In this document: positions 33,387 through 42,548 of the stretch, piece by piece | How the letters are laid out: the number at the start of each line of letters is the position of its first letter | Position numbering within the stretch: the stretch's first letter is position 1 | NCBI GenBank assembly: GCA_043814705.1 | Contig: JBDRJR010000051.1 | Span: 1 to 60,966, forward strand | Direction of reading: 5' to 3' | DNA length: 60,966 nt | Origin: Verrucomicrobiota bacterium | GTDB lineage: Bacteria; Verrucomicrobiota; Kiritimatiellia; JAAZAB01 | Program-made: the position numbers and the translations under genes | The notes under the pieces: model-generated | The model's input: the letters and a program-made list of their open reading frames with translations, nothing else | The model's database searches: none | Told to the model about the DNA's origin: nothing

Positions 33387-33956
33387 CTACTGCGCGAGTG
33401 AAAACACGGACAGATGCAACGTCACATCAATCTCGTCCGGCGAGGTCCCGTCTTTCGCTGGCTCGATTTCCATTGATTCGATCTTTGCCCCAATCTCCCA
33501 TGCGGTCATGCTCTGTAAAAATTTTACAAATCCCGGATAGGATCCCGTTAAGATAATCTCGTGCGAAATTACATTCACGGCCTGGCCACGATCAGCACGG
33601 ATCGGGGCGGCTGACCCATCGGCCTTGCGTTCCAGCTTAAAGGCATTGATCATTTCCATGCCGGACAGCGAGGCTGACTTCACCACGGCCTTGACCAATT
33701 GGGGGGTTTCGTAATCCTTCCCCACAAACTTGTCCGTGATCTGTTTGATGTCGTGTTGGAACGTTTCCAACCGTTGCTCAAAGTCGGCAATCAGGGCGGC
33801 ATTCCCCTGGATCCCTGCTATCTGGATTTTCATATCATCGCGCGTCTTGGACAAATCGTCGAGCGCAACGACCCGGCTGCGGAGCCAGAAAGCGGCGCAA
33901 ATCACGGCTACAAACGCGATTCCCAGGGCCATCAGCGATTTGGTGTAACTCGACAT
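33387..33956 (-). CDS. PilO/GspM-like assembly protein
   Basis: 189 aa: short N-terminus, TM (LMALGIAFVAVICAAFWL), coiled coil, then a globular C-terminus. Called from architecture and position after pilMN. Confidence 0.55.
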   Translation of the reverse strand: MSSYTKSLMALGIAFVAVICAAFWLRSRVVALDDLSKTRDDMKIQIAGIQGNAALIADFEQRLETFQHDIKQITDKFVGKDYETPQLVKAVVKSASLSGMEMINAFKLERKADGSAAPIRADRGQAVNVISHEIILTGSYPGFVKFLQSMTAWEIGAKIESMEIEPAKDGTSPDEIDVTLHLSVFSLAQ

Positions 33957-33990
33957 GGCATTTTCCCGTAACTACTTAGGTCTTTTTTTT

Positions 33991-34121
33991 AACCACGAAA
34001 CACACTAAATACACGAAAGTTCAGCGAACAAATTTTGCATGTTCTGTTTTTTTTGGTAATGACAAACAGAATTTGATCTTAATGTCGCACCCATTTCGTG
34101 TGTTCCGTGTGTTTCGTGGTT
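33991..34121. repeat. Inverted-repeat element, CCACGAAACACAC family (X2)
   Basis: Arms AACCACGAAACACACTAAATACACGAAAG / CATTTCGTGTGTTCCGTGTGTTTCGTGGTT. Lies between the pilMN stop and the pilO-like start. Confidence 0.9.
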
Positions 34122-34135
34122 ACTCATCCTCCGGC

Positions 34136-35902
34136 TTAATGAACCAGCTCACACTGAATTGCAAACGTCCCCAGCAATGATTCTGTCCGGGCCGCCTGGG
34201 CATTGACAATACAGACCTTTTTGAAAAATACCGATGCTCCCAGGGCCGACAGCATTGACGCCATAGCATCGTCAAATCGCACGGCCGACGCAAGCACATT
34301 GCCTTCGAGCAGGATCGTGTCGGGGTGATTCGGGTCAACCCCGGCCCCGCAACGGGTCAGGACAACATCAGGGGGGATCGCATCGGCCAATGCGTTAAGC
34401 ATGCCTGGCCAGAGCAGATTGCGCCCAACCATGTTTTGGAGGATCCGAATATATTCTGACGATTCCAGGCACTGCTTTTGAAGCGTATCCCGCCGCGCGC
34501 GTTCCATCACGGCCTGCTGAAGCGAGGGTTGATATTGACGCATATCTAATTGAACCAATTTGATTTGAACAGCCTGGAAAGTTCCGGCTATAAGCAGGGG
34601 TAAAAAGCCCAGGATCAGCATGGCCGCAACGGCCTTGGGCATAAACGCGGCCACGCGCTTAACTAAATGCACGTGCCGGGGCAGAAGACTGATGGCCGGT
34701 TTTTCCGTCAACGCCAGTCCCGTGGCCAAGGCCAGGCGGGCGCCATGTTTTTCGGCGTAATTCCGGGTGCCCGGGTTTGTGAACGCCATGTCGGCAAAAG
34801 GGTCAATCAATCGCACGGGCATGCCAACCGACTTTTCTAAGTGCGTGCGCAAAATTTGCAGTTCTGCTGTGCCGCCGGTAAGAAACACGGCATTTACTTT
34901 CTGCCCCACGTTATCCGTAAAAAACTGAATGGATCGCATGATTTCGGAGGTTATCCGCTCGATCACTGGCCGGGCCAATACCTCCATCTGCTCGATCCGT
35001 TTGGGCGCCGGTTGGCTTGCATCCGTCGCTTGCCCTCCGTCGTTTGCCGTCTGCCGTCCTCCATCCGTTGGTTCTGCGTTCGTCCTCCGCATTCCGTCGT
35101 CTGTCGTCCGTCGTCCGTCGTCTGGTCTTTGTCGTCCGTCCAGGGGGAGATAGCCGGTGATTTTTACATCTTCGGCTTCCAGCTCAGTCAATTGAATCGG
35201 CCCGTCGTCGGTTGACACTACGGTCGTTAGAATCTTGGTTATGGCATCCCCGCCTACCGGCACTTTACGCATGAATTTTACGGATTGACGATCCAGGATA
35301 TAGAAATTAGAAGTCGTGGCGCCCAGGTCGGCTACCAGGAAAACAGGGAATTCATCGGCCCAGCGTTGGTGCCGGGCCAAGGACTGGTAAGCACATGCAG
35401 CCAAGGTAACATCGTCGATCAATCCGCCGCTGGCTTCAATCAACCGCCCCCAGGCTTTGACGGCTCTCCAATCGGCCAATCCGACCAGATACCCTACGCG
35501 CTCCCGGAGAAAATCGGATCCGACAAAAGCCATCATCGGCTTTTCGCTTTCCCAGGAAACGAGTTTTCTGGCCTGCAGCAATATTGCGCCGTCAGTTTCG
35601 GCCTTGCCCATCTTCGGCAAAATGACAAAACAGCTTTCCAGCGCGCCGTTGGCGATAAAGATTGTTTTACATCCGGAAAGATTTTTATGAATGAGAAGCT
35701 GACGGGTGACGTCCAGAGGCGGGCGAGTTTTGCCTTTGATCCGCGACTCAAAGAGGACTTCTTCAAGAAAGATATGCTCGACCTGGAAGGCGCTCCCGAC
35801 CTCTGGAGAGTCGGGACGACGGACCAGTACGACCATCTTGGCGCCGGTTGACCCGCACTCCAAACCGGTGTTGCGCTCGGAATTAAATTGAAACATAGTC
35901 AT
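34136..35902 (-). CDS. PilM-PilN fusion protein (actin-like ATPase fold + fimbrial assembly TM domain)
   Basis: PilM motifs LVADLGATTSNFYILD..VPVGGDAITK..VFLTGGTAELQIL..VRLIDPF, then PilN-like ISLLPRHVH plus a TM. Start at 35902 or 35896. Confidence 0.8.
   Translation of the reverse strand: MTMFQFNSERNTGLECGSTGAKMVVLVRRPDSPEVGSAFQVEHIFLEEVLFESRIKGKTRPPLDVTRQLLIHKNLSGCKTIFIANGALESCFVILPKMGKAETDGAILLQARKLVSWESEKPMMAFVGSDFLRERVGYLVGLADWRAVKAWGRLIEASGGLIDDVTLAACAYQSLARHQRWADEFPVFLVADLGATTSNFYILDRQSVKFMRKVPVGGDAITKILTTVVSTDDGPIQLTELEAEDVKITGYLPLDGRQRPDDGRRTTDDGMRRTNAEPTDGGRQTANDGGQATDASQPAPKRIEQMEVLARPVIERITSEIMRSIQFFTDNVGQKVNAVFLTGGTAELQILRTHLEKSVGMPVRLIDPFADMAFTNPGTRNYAEKHGARLALATGLALTEKPAISLLPRHVHLVKRVAAFMPKAVAAMLILGFLPLLIAGTFQAVQIKLVQLDMRQYQPSLQQAVMERARRDTLQKQCLESSEYIRILQNMVGRNLLWPGMLNALADAIPPDVVLTRCGAGVDPNHPDTILLEGNVLASAVRFDDAMASMLSALGASVFFKKVCIVNAQAARTESLLGTFAIQCELVH
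35022..35141. repeat. GTCGTCC/GCCGTC word array inside pilMN
   Basis: Encodes DGRQRPDDGRRTTDDGMRRTNAEPTDGGRQTANDGGQATDA. The same word family occurs at 541-597. Confidence 0.9.
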
Positions 35903-36147
35903 GGGAACTACACAGGTGTTCAGTGTTCGGGGTTCAGTGTTCAGAGGCTGTTGAAAAACTGCTTCTCCGGTCATTCAGAGCGGAGCGCCCTCCGGAGGCG
36001 GGTCCGCCTGTGGCGGAAAGAATCTCCAAATCGCAGATTTGGGCCATTTTTGAGATCCCTCGACTACGCTCGGGATGACCCTTACTGACGATAACGGCTT
36101 TTCCTAACAGCCTTCAGCCTACAGTCTAAACACCTTGTGCAGGCAGG

Positions 36148-36540
36148 TTACCGGGAGATAAGGGACGAGATCGTATCGAGCAATTTCTGCGGCTGATAGG
36201 GTTTTGTTAAATAGGCATCCACACCGATCGCCTGCCCCTTCTGCCGGTCATTAGCCTGGGACATGACGGTCAACATCATCACGGGAACATGCTTGTATTT
36301 TGCGGAATACTTCAATAGTCGCGCCACTTTGAACCCATCCATTTTGGGCATCATTACATCGAGAATAACCAGATCGGGGTCTTGATGCCTGACCGCATCA
36401 AGACCTTCTATTCCATCGCCGGCCTCAACGATATCGTAGCCATTGGCTTCCAGACGCAAACGCAGCGCCACTCTAAAATCAGGCTCGTCCTCGACTATCA
36501 GGATTTTTTTACCAGGCTGCATTACGCTTGGCCCAACCAT
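36148..36540 (-). CDS. Stand-alone CheY-like receiver protein
   Basis: KKILIVEDEPDFRVAL..DLVILDVMMPKMDG..LTKP. 130 aa. Confidence 0.85.
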   Translation of the reverse strand: MVGPSVMQPGKKILIVEDEPDFRVALRLRLEANGYDIVEAGDGIEGLDAVRHQDPDLVILDVMMPKMDGFKVARLLKYSAKYKHVPVMMLTVMSQANDRQKGQAIGVDAYLTKPYQPQKLLDTISSLISR

Positions 36541-36548
36541 TCTTCGCT

Positions 36549-36589
36549 AAAAAAACGACGTGAAGGGGAGAAATGCTCCCCTTCACGTC
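36549..36589 (-). terminator. Rho-independent terminator after the major pilin gene
   Basis: On the minus strand: 14-bp perfect stem GACGTGAAGGGGAG / CTCCCCTTCACGTC, 5-nt loop, followed by G + T7. Confidence 0.8.
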
Positions 36590-36618
36590 AAACCTAAAAT
36601 AAGCTGACAACAACCTCA

Positions 36619-36984
36619 TCAGTCGTTCTCAATGTTGTTCGTCGTGCCTTTAGCATATACAACCCATTGGCCATTGCTCTGAATGTACATGACATCGTTC
36701 GTCTTGAATTTATCCGATTTCCAAGCGTTCGATACAGTCAGGTTGGCCCATATGTTGCTCGCCGCCGGCCAGAGATTCGTGCCGGTCAAGCCGTTGGTGC
36801 TTAGAATATTCTCAGCATACAGCATATGCGTTGAGCTTCGTAGAGAGCCCAGCATGCTGCGGTCCGCTGCCTCTTTGGCTCGCGCGGTTATGTCGATATA
36901 CTTTGGAATGGCGATGGCCGCCAAGACACCCAAAATAACGATCACGACCACTAACTCGATCAGTGTGAATGCATTCGATTTCAT
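36619..36984 (-). CDS. Major type IV pilin / pseudopilin (PilA/GspG-like)
   Basis: MKSNAFTLIELVVVIVILGVLAAIAIPKY. 121 aa. Followed by a strong terminator and preceded by a 558-bp AT-richer leader region. Confidence 0.85.
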   Translation of the reverse strand: MKSNAFTLIELVVVIVILGVLAAIAIPKYIDITARAKEAADRSMLGSLRSSTHMLYAENILSTNGLTGTNLWPAASNIWANLTVSNAWKSDKFKTNDVMYIQSNGQWVVYAKGTTNNIEND

Positions 36985-37542
36985 GATGTTTCCCTTCGAC
37001 CGGTGTTACGCAAATCATTCCTGATCTTGCGACCGGCCACCTTGTTTATGGCTTCGGACCTGAACAGTTCAGTCCCGCGAGCGGATCCTTCATGCGACCC
37101 TGGTATGGCACATGGCCTGGTTTAAGCCGCACTTGATCCTTGACTGAGCCATCCCTCGGAACAAAATTACCGACGATACATCCTCCTTTCATTGGCATCC
37201 ACGATACATAAGGACACCGTTTATACTGTTACTCTTTATAGAAACATACTGGCATATTACGCAAATATGTCAACAACAAAAAACAAATATCATAACAACA
37301 TTATTATAAACGGATTATGCCTTCATAGGCGGCGACTGAAAACACTGGATTCCCGAGCCTACTCCGCCGTAGTAAAGCTCTTGGGCCTACTCCGCCGGAG
37401 CAAAGCTCCTGCTGCGAAGGCCGGACTGCGAAGGCCGGACTACGACCTTCCTACGCCCACCGAAGCGAGGGCTTCGCGAAGGCGTGAGGCCGGGTCAGGT
37501 CGGAAATGACAAGCACGCGCCCCCTTTTCACATAATGACCCA

Positions 37543-38769
37543 TTACCGCACCTGGCTGGTCAAGGCTTGGGACATATTCCAAATGGGAAGGAAAATTGAA
37601 AGGGCCAGGAAGAGCGCGCCCGCGCCTATGATGACGGTAATGATCGGTTCAATCATGGTCGTCATGTTTTTCAGCGTGTAATTGATTTCAATGTCGTAAA
37701 AATCAACCACCTGGTCCAGCATGTCGTCCAGACTGCCGGTTTTTTCGCCCACGGCAATGAGGCTGGTCACCATCGGCGGCAATATGGGCATTTCGTTTAA
37801 AAAGGCGTCGGCGATGGTATTGCCATCCTGGATGAATTGCCTCACATTAACCAGCAGTTTATTGAAAAAGGTGTTAGCCACAACAGTGGGGGCGATTTCC
37901 AGCGCCTTCAGCACGGGCACGCCATTGCGCACCAGCATCGCGAATATCCGGCCAAACCGGGCCACGACGATCTTGGTATAGACCGGGCCAAAGAGGCGCA
38001 CATGAAATTTCGCTTGATCAATCTGCAGGCGAATCGTCTTAACCCGCATAAGGAACAGCGTGCCAACCCCGATTACAACGGCCATGCCGAGGAGAATCGG
38101 CCAGGAATGCTGGAGCAGGTTACTGCCGGCCAGGAGCATGCGCGTTGGCAAGGGCAAGGCAACGGTGGAATTGGCGAAAAACGCCGCGAACTTGGGAATC
38201 ACGAAGGCCAGCATGATGATGGCGGCCAGGATCAAGGCGGTGCAAACCATGAGCGGATAGCGCAAGGCCGACTTGATTGCCGTGCGGATTTCCAATTCGC
38301 GTTCCATCCACTGCGCAATGCTGGACAGCGCCTTGACCAAATCACCGCCGGTTTCGCCGGACACGACAATGCTTACGTATTCCCGCGCAAAGACTGTGGG
38401 GTATTCCGCCATGGCCTCCGACAGGCGGGATCCGGCGGTCAGGGTCCGACTCACGCCGGAGAGAATCTGTTTGAACCTTTTATTCTCGACCTGATCCCGC
38501 AAAATCTCAATGGTCTGGACAATGGGGATACCTGCTTTCAACATGGCGCCCAACTGGCGGGTAAACAAAATGACATCTTCATCCCGAATCCGCTCGAAAA
38601 ACAGGCCGGACAGCGCACTTTCCGCAGACGTGGTTGCTGGAATAATTTCAACGGGGATTAGCGAGTCTTTTGTCAACTGCTCATAGGCGGCGTTCTGATC
38701 GTTCGCCTGGATCGTCCCTTCGACAATTCGGCCAGTCAAGTTGCGCGCGCGATAGGTGTAATTTCTCAT
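37543..38769 (-). CDS. PilC/GspF-family platform protein
   Basis: 408 aa with two GspF repeats (LFTRQLGAMLKAGIP..; RFGRIFAMLVRNGVP..) and three TM regions. Confidence 0.88.
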   Translation of the reverse strand: MRNYTYRARNLTGRIVEGTIQANDQNAAYEQLTKDSLIPVEIIPATTSAESALSGLFFERIRDEDVILFTRQLGAMLKAGIPIVQTIEILRDQVENKRFKQILSGVSRTLTAGSRLSEAMAEYPTVFAREYVSIVVSGETGGDLVKALSSIAQWMERELEIRTAIKSALRYPLMVCTALILAAIIMLAFVIPKFAAFFANSTVALPLPTRMLLAGSNLLQHSWPILLGMAVVIGVGTLFLMRVKTIRLQIDQAKFHVRLFGPVYTKIVVARFGRIFAMLVRNGVPVLKALEIAPTVVANTFFNKLLVNVRQFIQDGNTIADAFLNEMPILPPMVTSLIAVGEKTGSLDDMLDQVVDFYDIEINYTLKNMTTMIEPIITVIIGAGALFLALSIFLPIWNMSQALTSQVR

Positions 38770-39029
38770 CGGAACAGTATTAAAATAAAAATCACGGCAA
38801 GCAACAGCAGGATTACGCCCATGATTTTGCGCATACCCAGCAATTTATCGTCAATATCATGGGTCCGGTTCAATGCTTTTTCAATGGCATCCGTTGAAAC
38901 CCATTTTTTCGACACGCGATTGGCCGCCTTGAAAACATTTGGCCAGATCAGCAGGAAGGCCGACAAGATCAGGCAAACCAGAGCGAACCAGAGCGCGATC
39001 ATTTTATACGAGACAGCAATCACGGGCAT
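38766..39029 (-). CDS. Small two-TM membrane protein, unknown
   Basis: 87 aa. Its stop overlaps the pilC start (ATGA), arguing for real translation. Confidence 0.5.
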   Translation of the reverse strand: MPVIAVSYKMIALWFALVCLILSAFLLIWPNVFKAANRVSKKWVSTDAIEKALNRTHDIDDKLLGMRKIMGVILLLLAVIFILILFR

Positions 39030-39043
39030 GTTAATCTCCCAAG

Positions 39044-39077
39044 AAAATGCAGAATGAAAAATGCAGAATGCAGAATT
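39044..39077. repeat. GCAGAAT heptamer tract (exeA-like/small-protein spacer)
   Basis: AAAATGCAGAATGAAAAATGCAGAATGCAGAATT. Confidence 0.9.
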
Positions 39078-39170
39078 AATTATTGCTTTGAATTTTTCCT
39101 TTCCCCTCCTTTCTTAATTTCTTCACTTGGCGTCCTTTGTGACTTTGCGAGAGACAAATGCTTTGGCTTG

Positions 39171-39989
39171 TCAGGTGACGCCAAATTTTTCCGATGCCTC
39201 CAAAACCAAATTGGTATCAATCCGCCCGGCTTTTTGGGCATAGCCCAGGGCCAGGCTCACATCACAAAGGGTGTTGATCCGTCGGGGAATGCCGCCCGAA
39301 TTGCGAAAAATAAGATTCAGGGCCTCGTCCTGAAAGAGCGGTTCCTCCCGTCCGGCAACCGCGAGCCGGGCTTGAATGTACCTGGCCGTATCGGTGTTGT
39401 CAAAATGATTCAACGTGCACGTAATGGGAACGCGCTGGGCCAACTGTTTTAGACCGGCCACGCGCTCCGCCAGTTCCAGGTGTCCCAGAAAAAGCAAGGT
39501 CAGCAGAAATTCATCGTGGCTTTGAAAATTCAACAGCAAACGACACATTTCCAGCGCCGCCTGATTATCAAGCATGTGAGCCTCGTCAATTACCAGCACG
39601 GTGTGCTTGCCGTCGCGCTTATTCTCCGTCAATGCCTTCTCGATGATTTCCAAAAGCGCATCGGCCACCAGACTTGAGCGATCCGCCGACAGCGCGCCCT
39701 CGGTCATTGCGCGCGCAATGCTGCGGAGCAGATCCAACGGCGTCATGCCCGGTTGAACTGCGCATGTTTTCGAAACGTTGGATTTTCCGATCTGCTGGAG
39801 CAGTACACGGGACAGCAGTGTTTTGCCGCATCCGTAGGCACCGGTCAACAGCGCGCCGCCCATGTTTTCGGTGACGGCATAAGTCAATTTCATCAGCGCC
39901 TCATCGTGTTGCGGCGAGTGATAAAAAAACTTGGGGTCCGGGGTGTTATGAAATGGGCGCGAATTTAGTTTCCAGTATTCCTCGTACAT
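39171..39989 (-). CDS. ExeA/GspA/MshM-type AAA ATPase
   Basis: YWKLNSRPFHNTPDPKFFYHSPQHDEALMKLTYAV..LLTGAYGCGKT..VLVIDEAHML matches the ExeA family pattern. Confidence 0.8.
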   Translation of the reverse strand: MYEEYWKLNSRPFHNTPDPKFFYHSPQHDEALMKLTYAVTENMGGALLTGAYGCGKTLLSRVLLQQIGKSNVSKTCAVQPGMTPLDLLRSIARAMTEGALSADRSSLVADALLEIIEKALTENKRDGKHTVLVIDEAHMLDNQAALEMCRLLLNFQSHDEFLLTLLFLGHLELAERVAGLKQLAQRVPITCTLNHFDNTDTARYIQARLAVAGREEPLFQDEALNLIFRNSGGIPRRINTLCDVSLALGYAQKAGRIDTNLVLEASEKFGVT

Positions 39990-40020
39990 ACATTACCTTT
40001 TTTTCAGCCGTTCACGGCTT

Positions 40021-40113
40021 GAAATTTGAAACTGGAAATTAGAAATTTGGCTTTCACAGCCCGCAACTTATAGACTTCGGCGCCCAAATTTCGAATTTCA
40101 AATTTCCAATTTC
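40021..40113. repeat. Cargo-less copy of the GGAAACT/GAAATTT inverted-arm unit
   Basis: GAAATTTGAAACTGGAAATTAGAAATTTGG-n32-CCCAAATTTCGAATTTCAAATTTCCAATTTC. Lies between the pilB stop and the exeA-like start. Confidence 0.85.
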
Positions 40114-40129
40114 AGCGTTCCGCGAACGC

Positions 40130-42013
40130 TTATCGTTTTTTCTGTGCCAGCCAGCTTGTCATCTGCTGCCGGTAACCATCAAGATCCAAACTGACATTTT
40201 CCACCGTCGCCACGGCGGGCACGCCTTCTTGCGCCGCCTGAGCTTCCGGTTTTTCCTCCAGGGGCACAGACATCGGCATGGGCATGTCGGCAACATTTTC
40301 CAAGACGGCGATACGGAGCACCTCCTCAAGAGTCGTGACGCCCCGCCCTGCTTTTTCAATGCCGTCTTCCAGCATGCTGACCATGCCGTCCTTGCGCGCC
40401 TGGACCCGCAAGGCATCGGTCGAAACACCGGCGGCAATCAATTCGGCCAGCTCCGCGGTCACGGTCATCACCTCAAAAACGGCAATACGCCCCCAGTAAC
40501 CGGTATCGCGGCACTTGGCACAGCCTTTGCCATGCCACAACTGAGGCGGCAAGACAATGCCGGCGGCCGTCAACCGCTGGCGCAAACGGTCGGCAATCGC
40601 ATAGGGTTTCTTGCACTCCGCGCAGATACAGCGCACTAAGCGCTGGGCCATCGCACCCGCCATCGAGGACGACAACAAAAACGCTTCAATATTCATGTTG
40701 ATCAGCCGGATGACCGCACCGGGGGCATCATTGGTATGGATGGTTGAGAACAGCAAGTGCCCCGTCAAGGCCGCCCGGACGGCCAATTGGGCGGTTTCCT
40801 GGTCACGGATTTCCCCCACCATAATGACATCGGGATCCTGGCGCAAAATATTGCGCAACGCGGATGCAAAAGTGAGCCCCGCCTTTTCATTGACCTGCAC
40901 CTGAGTGACCATATTAATGCGCCGCTCGACCGGGTCCTCGATGGTAATGATGTTACGTTCCGGCGACCTGGCCTTGGAGAGCATCGCGTAAAGCGTGGTG
41001 GATTTACCACTGCCGGTGGGACCAGTGATCACGACCATGCCGTGCGGACGGCGGATAAGTTTTTCGACCTTGGGCAGGAGGGCATCGGATATGCCCATGC
41101 TCTCCAAAGGAATAGTCATGGACCGGGCATCGAACAGACGGATGGCCATGTTTTCGCCGTTGGTCGTGGGCATGCTGGACACACGGGCCTCCACCGTGCG
41201 ATTATCAATCGTGACCTGAAAATGGCCATCCTGAGGAAGGCGGCTTTCCGCAATGTTCATGCTACTGATCACCTTGATGCGGGAAATTATGAAAGGGTGC
41301 AGATATTGCGGTGGCGGTGGAATATCATAAAGCACACCGTCAATGCGAAAGCGAATCTTGAGTTGCCCTTCGCCGGGGTCAATGTGAATATCGCTGGCCC
41401 GGTCGCGAACGGCTTGGGACAGAATCATGTCCACCAGACGGCTTACCGGCGACTTACTGTTCTGCAGGACGTTTTCCTGCGATTTCACGGCCATTGTGCC
41501 CGGCACGGAATCTTCGCCCATCTGGTCCAGTAATTCCTTGAACTCCTCGTGCCCGGAATAGACCCGGTTGATCATCTCATGAATATCCCTGCGGGCGGCC
41601 AGGCACGGCTCAATCGTGAATTTGCCCAACGCGTTCGTCAGGCAATCAATCACCGTAATGTCGCTGGGATCGGTCACCGCAACGGTGAGGGAATCGCCGA
41701 TGGAAAACAAGGGAAACATTTCCAGTTCCCGCGCCATTTTCTCGTCAATCAGGGCAACCACCGCCGGGTTATATATGTAAGCCTCAAGATCAACGAAGGG
41801 TACGTTGAAAATAGCGGCCTGTTCCTCGTAAGCCGTGCGCTTGGATAAAAACTCCAGATTGACGATTACTTCAACCAGCAGTTCATGGGTTTCCGCGCTG
41901 AGCGCCAGGGCTTTTTTGACGACATCTTCCGTCAGTAACCCCTTGGCGACGAGGCGCTTGGCCAGCTCCTCGTTCGTCTGCGCCAGCATCGGCCGGCTGA
42001 TATCCTGGTTCAT
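40130..42013 (-). CDS. GspE/PilB-family secretion ATPase
   Basis: T2SSE_N-like N-terminus. Walker A GPTGSGKSTT, Asp/His boxes, tetracysteine (CAECKKP..CAKCRDTG). Confidence 0.9.
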   Translation of the reverse strand: MNQDISRPMLAQTNEELAKRLVAKGLLTEDVVKKALALSAETHELLVEVIVNLEFLSKRTAYEEQAAIFNVPFVDLEAYIYNPAVVALIDEKMARELEMFPLFSIGDSLTVAVTDPSDITVIDCLTNALGKFTIEPCLAARRDIHEMINRVYSGHEEFKELLDQMGEDSVPGTMAVKSQENVLQNSKSPVSRLVDMILSQAVRDRASDIHIDPGEGQLKIRFRIDGVLYDIPPPPQYLHPFIISRIKVISSMNIAESRLPQDGHFQVTIDNRTVEARVSSMPTTNGENMAIRLFDARSMTIPLESMGISDALLPKVEKLIRRPHGMVVITGPTGSGKSTTLYAMLSKARSPERNIITIEDPVERRINMVTQVQVNEKAGLTFASALRNILRQDPDVIMVGEIRDQETAQLAVRAALTGHLLFSTIHTNDAPGAVIRLINMNIEAFLLSSSMAGAMAQRLVRCICAECKKPYAIADRLRQRLTAAGIVLPPQLWHGKGCAKCRDTGYWGRIAVFEVMTVTAELAELIAAGVSTDALRVQARKDGMVSMLEDGIEKAGRGVTTLEEVLRIAVLENVADMPMPMSVPLEEKPEAQAAQEGVPAVATVENVSLDLDGYRQQMTSWLAQKKR

Positions 42014-42160
42014 GGCAATCCTCGATGCCTTTCAATTAGGCGGCCAAAGCCGCAACTACTCGCGCCCGGAGGTCGCGAGCCACCTTGGAGATCAACGCTT
42101 AAGGTGGACGCCGACGTCCCTGTCGGCGTTTCTTTATCTACCCTTGAAATTCCTATACGC

Positions 42161-42544
42161 TCAACCGGCCCCTTCGGCAAGAAACTTGGCTATCATATCC
42201 AGCATCTCCTGAGGCTTATAGGGCTTGGACAGATAGGCATCGCCCCCGACGGACATTCCGATCTCCCGATCAGACTGCTGGGCCCGCGCCGTGAGCATGA
42301 TGATCGGGATTTTACGATGCTTTTCATCGAATTTCAGCAGACGGGCAACCTTGTATCCATCCATTTTCGGCAACATAATGTCGAGCATGATCAAGTCCGG
42401 ATTTTTGTTCCGGGCCATATCCAGTCCCGCGACACCATCCTCCGCTTCAATAACCTCGTAACCGTTGGCTTCCAACCGCATGCGTAGCGCCATTCGGAAT
42501 TCCGGCTCATCTTCAATCACAAGAATCTTTTTTGCAGACGCCAT
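42161..42544 (-). CDS. Stand-alone CheY-like receiver protein (paralog of 36148-36540)
   Basis: KKILVIEDEPEFRMAL..DLIMLDIMLPKMDG..LSKP. 127 aa. Confidence 0.85.
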   Translation of the reverse strand: MASAKKILVIEDEPEFRMALRMRLEANGYEVIEAEDGVAGLDMARNKNPDLIMLDIMLPKMDGYKVARLLKFDEKHRKIPIIMLTARAQQSDREIGMSVGGDAYLSKPYKPQEMLDMIAKFLAEGAG

Positions 42545-42548
42545 TGTT

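Noticed and set aside
36985-37542. Possible gene or sigma-54 promoter in the 558-bp region upstream of the major pilin.
   Set aside because: Only a spurious plus-strand ORF (37192-37509) made of 28-bp and 14-bp tandem repeats (GCCTACTCCGCCG..; TGCGAAGGCCGGAC x2). I found no convincing TGGCAC-n5-TTGC on the pilin strand. The promoter remains unassigned.
41850-42013. c-di-GMP-binding MshEN-type motif in the N-terminus of the PilB-like ATPase (..AKRLVAKGLLTEDVVKKALALS..).
   Set aside because: Only a partial resemblance to the RLGxxLLxxGLITxxQLxxAL pattern. It is indistinguishable by eye from an ordinary T2SSE_N domain, so it is not claimed.
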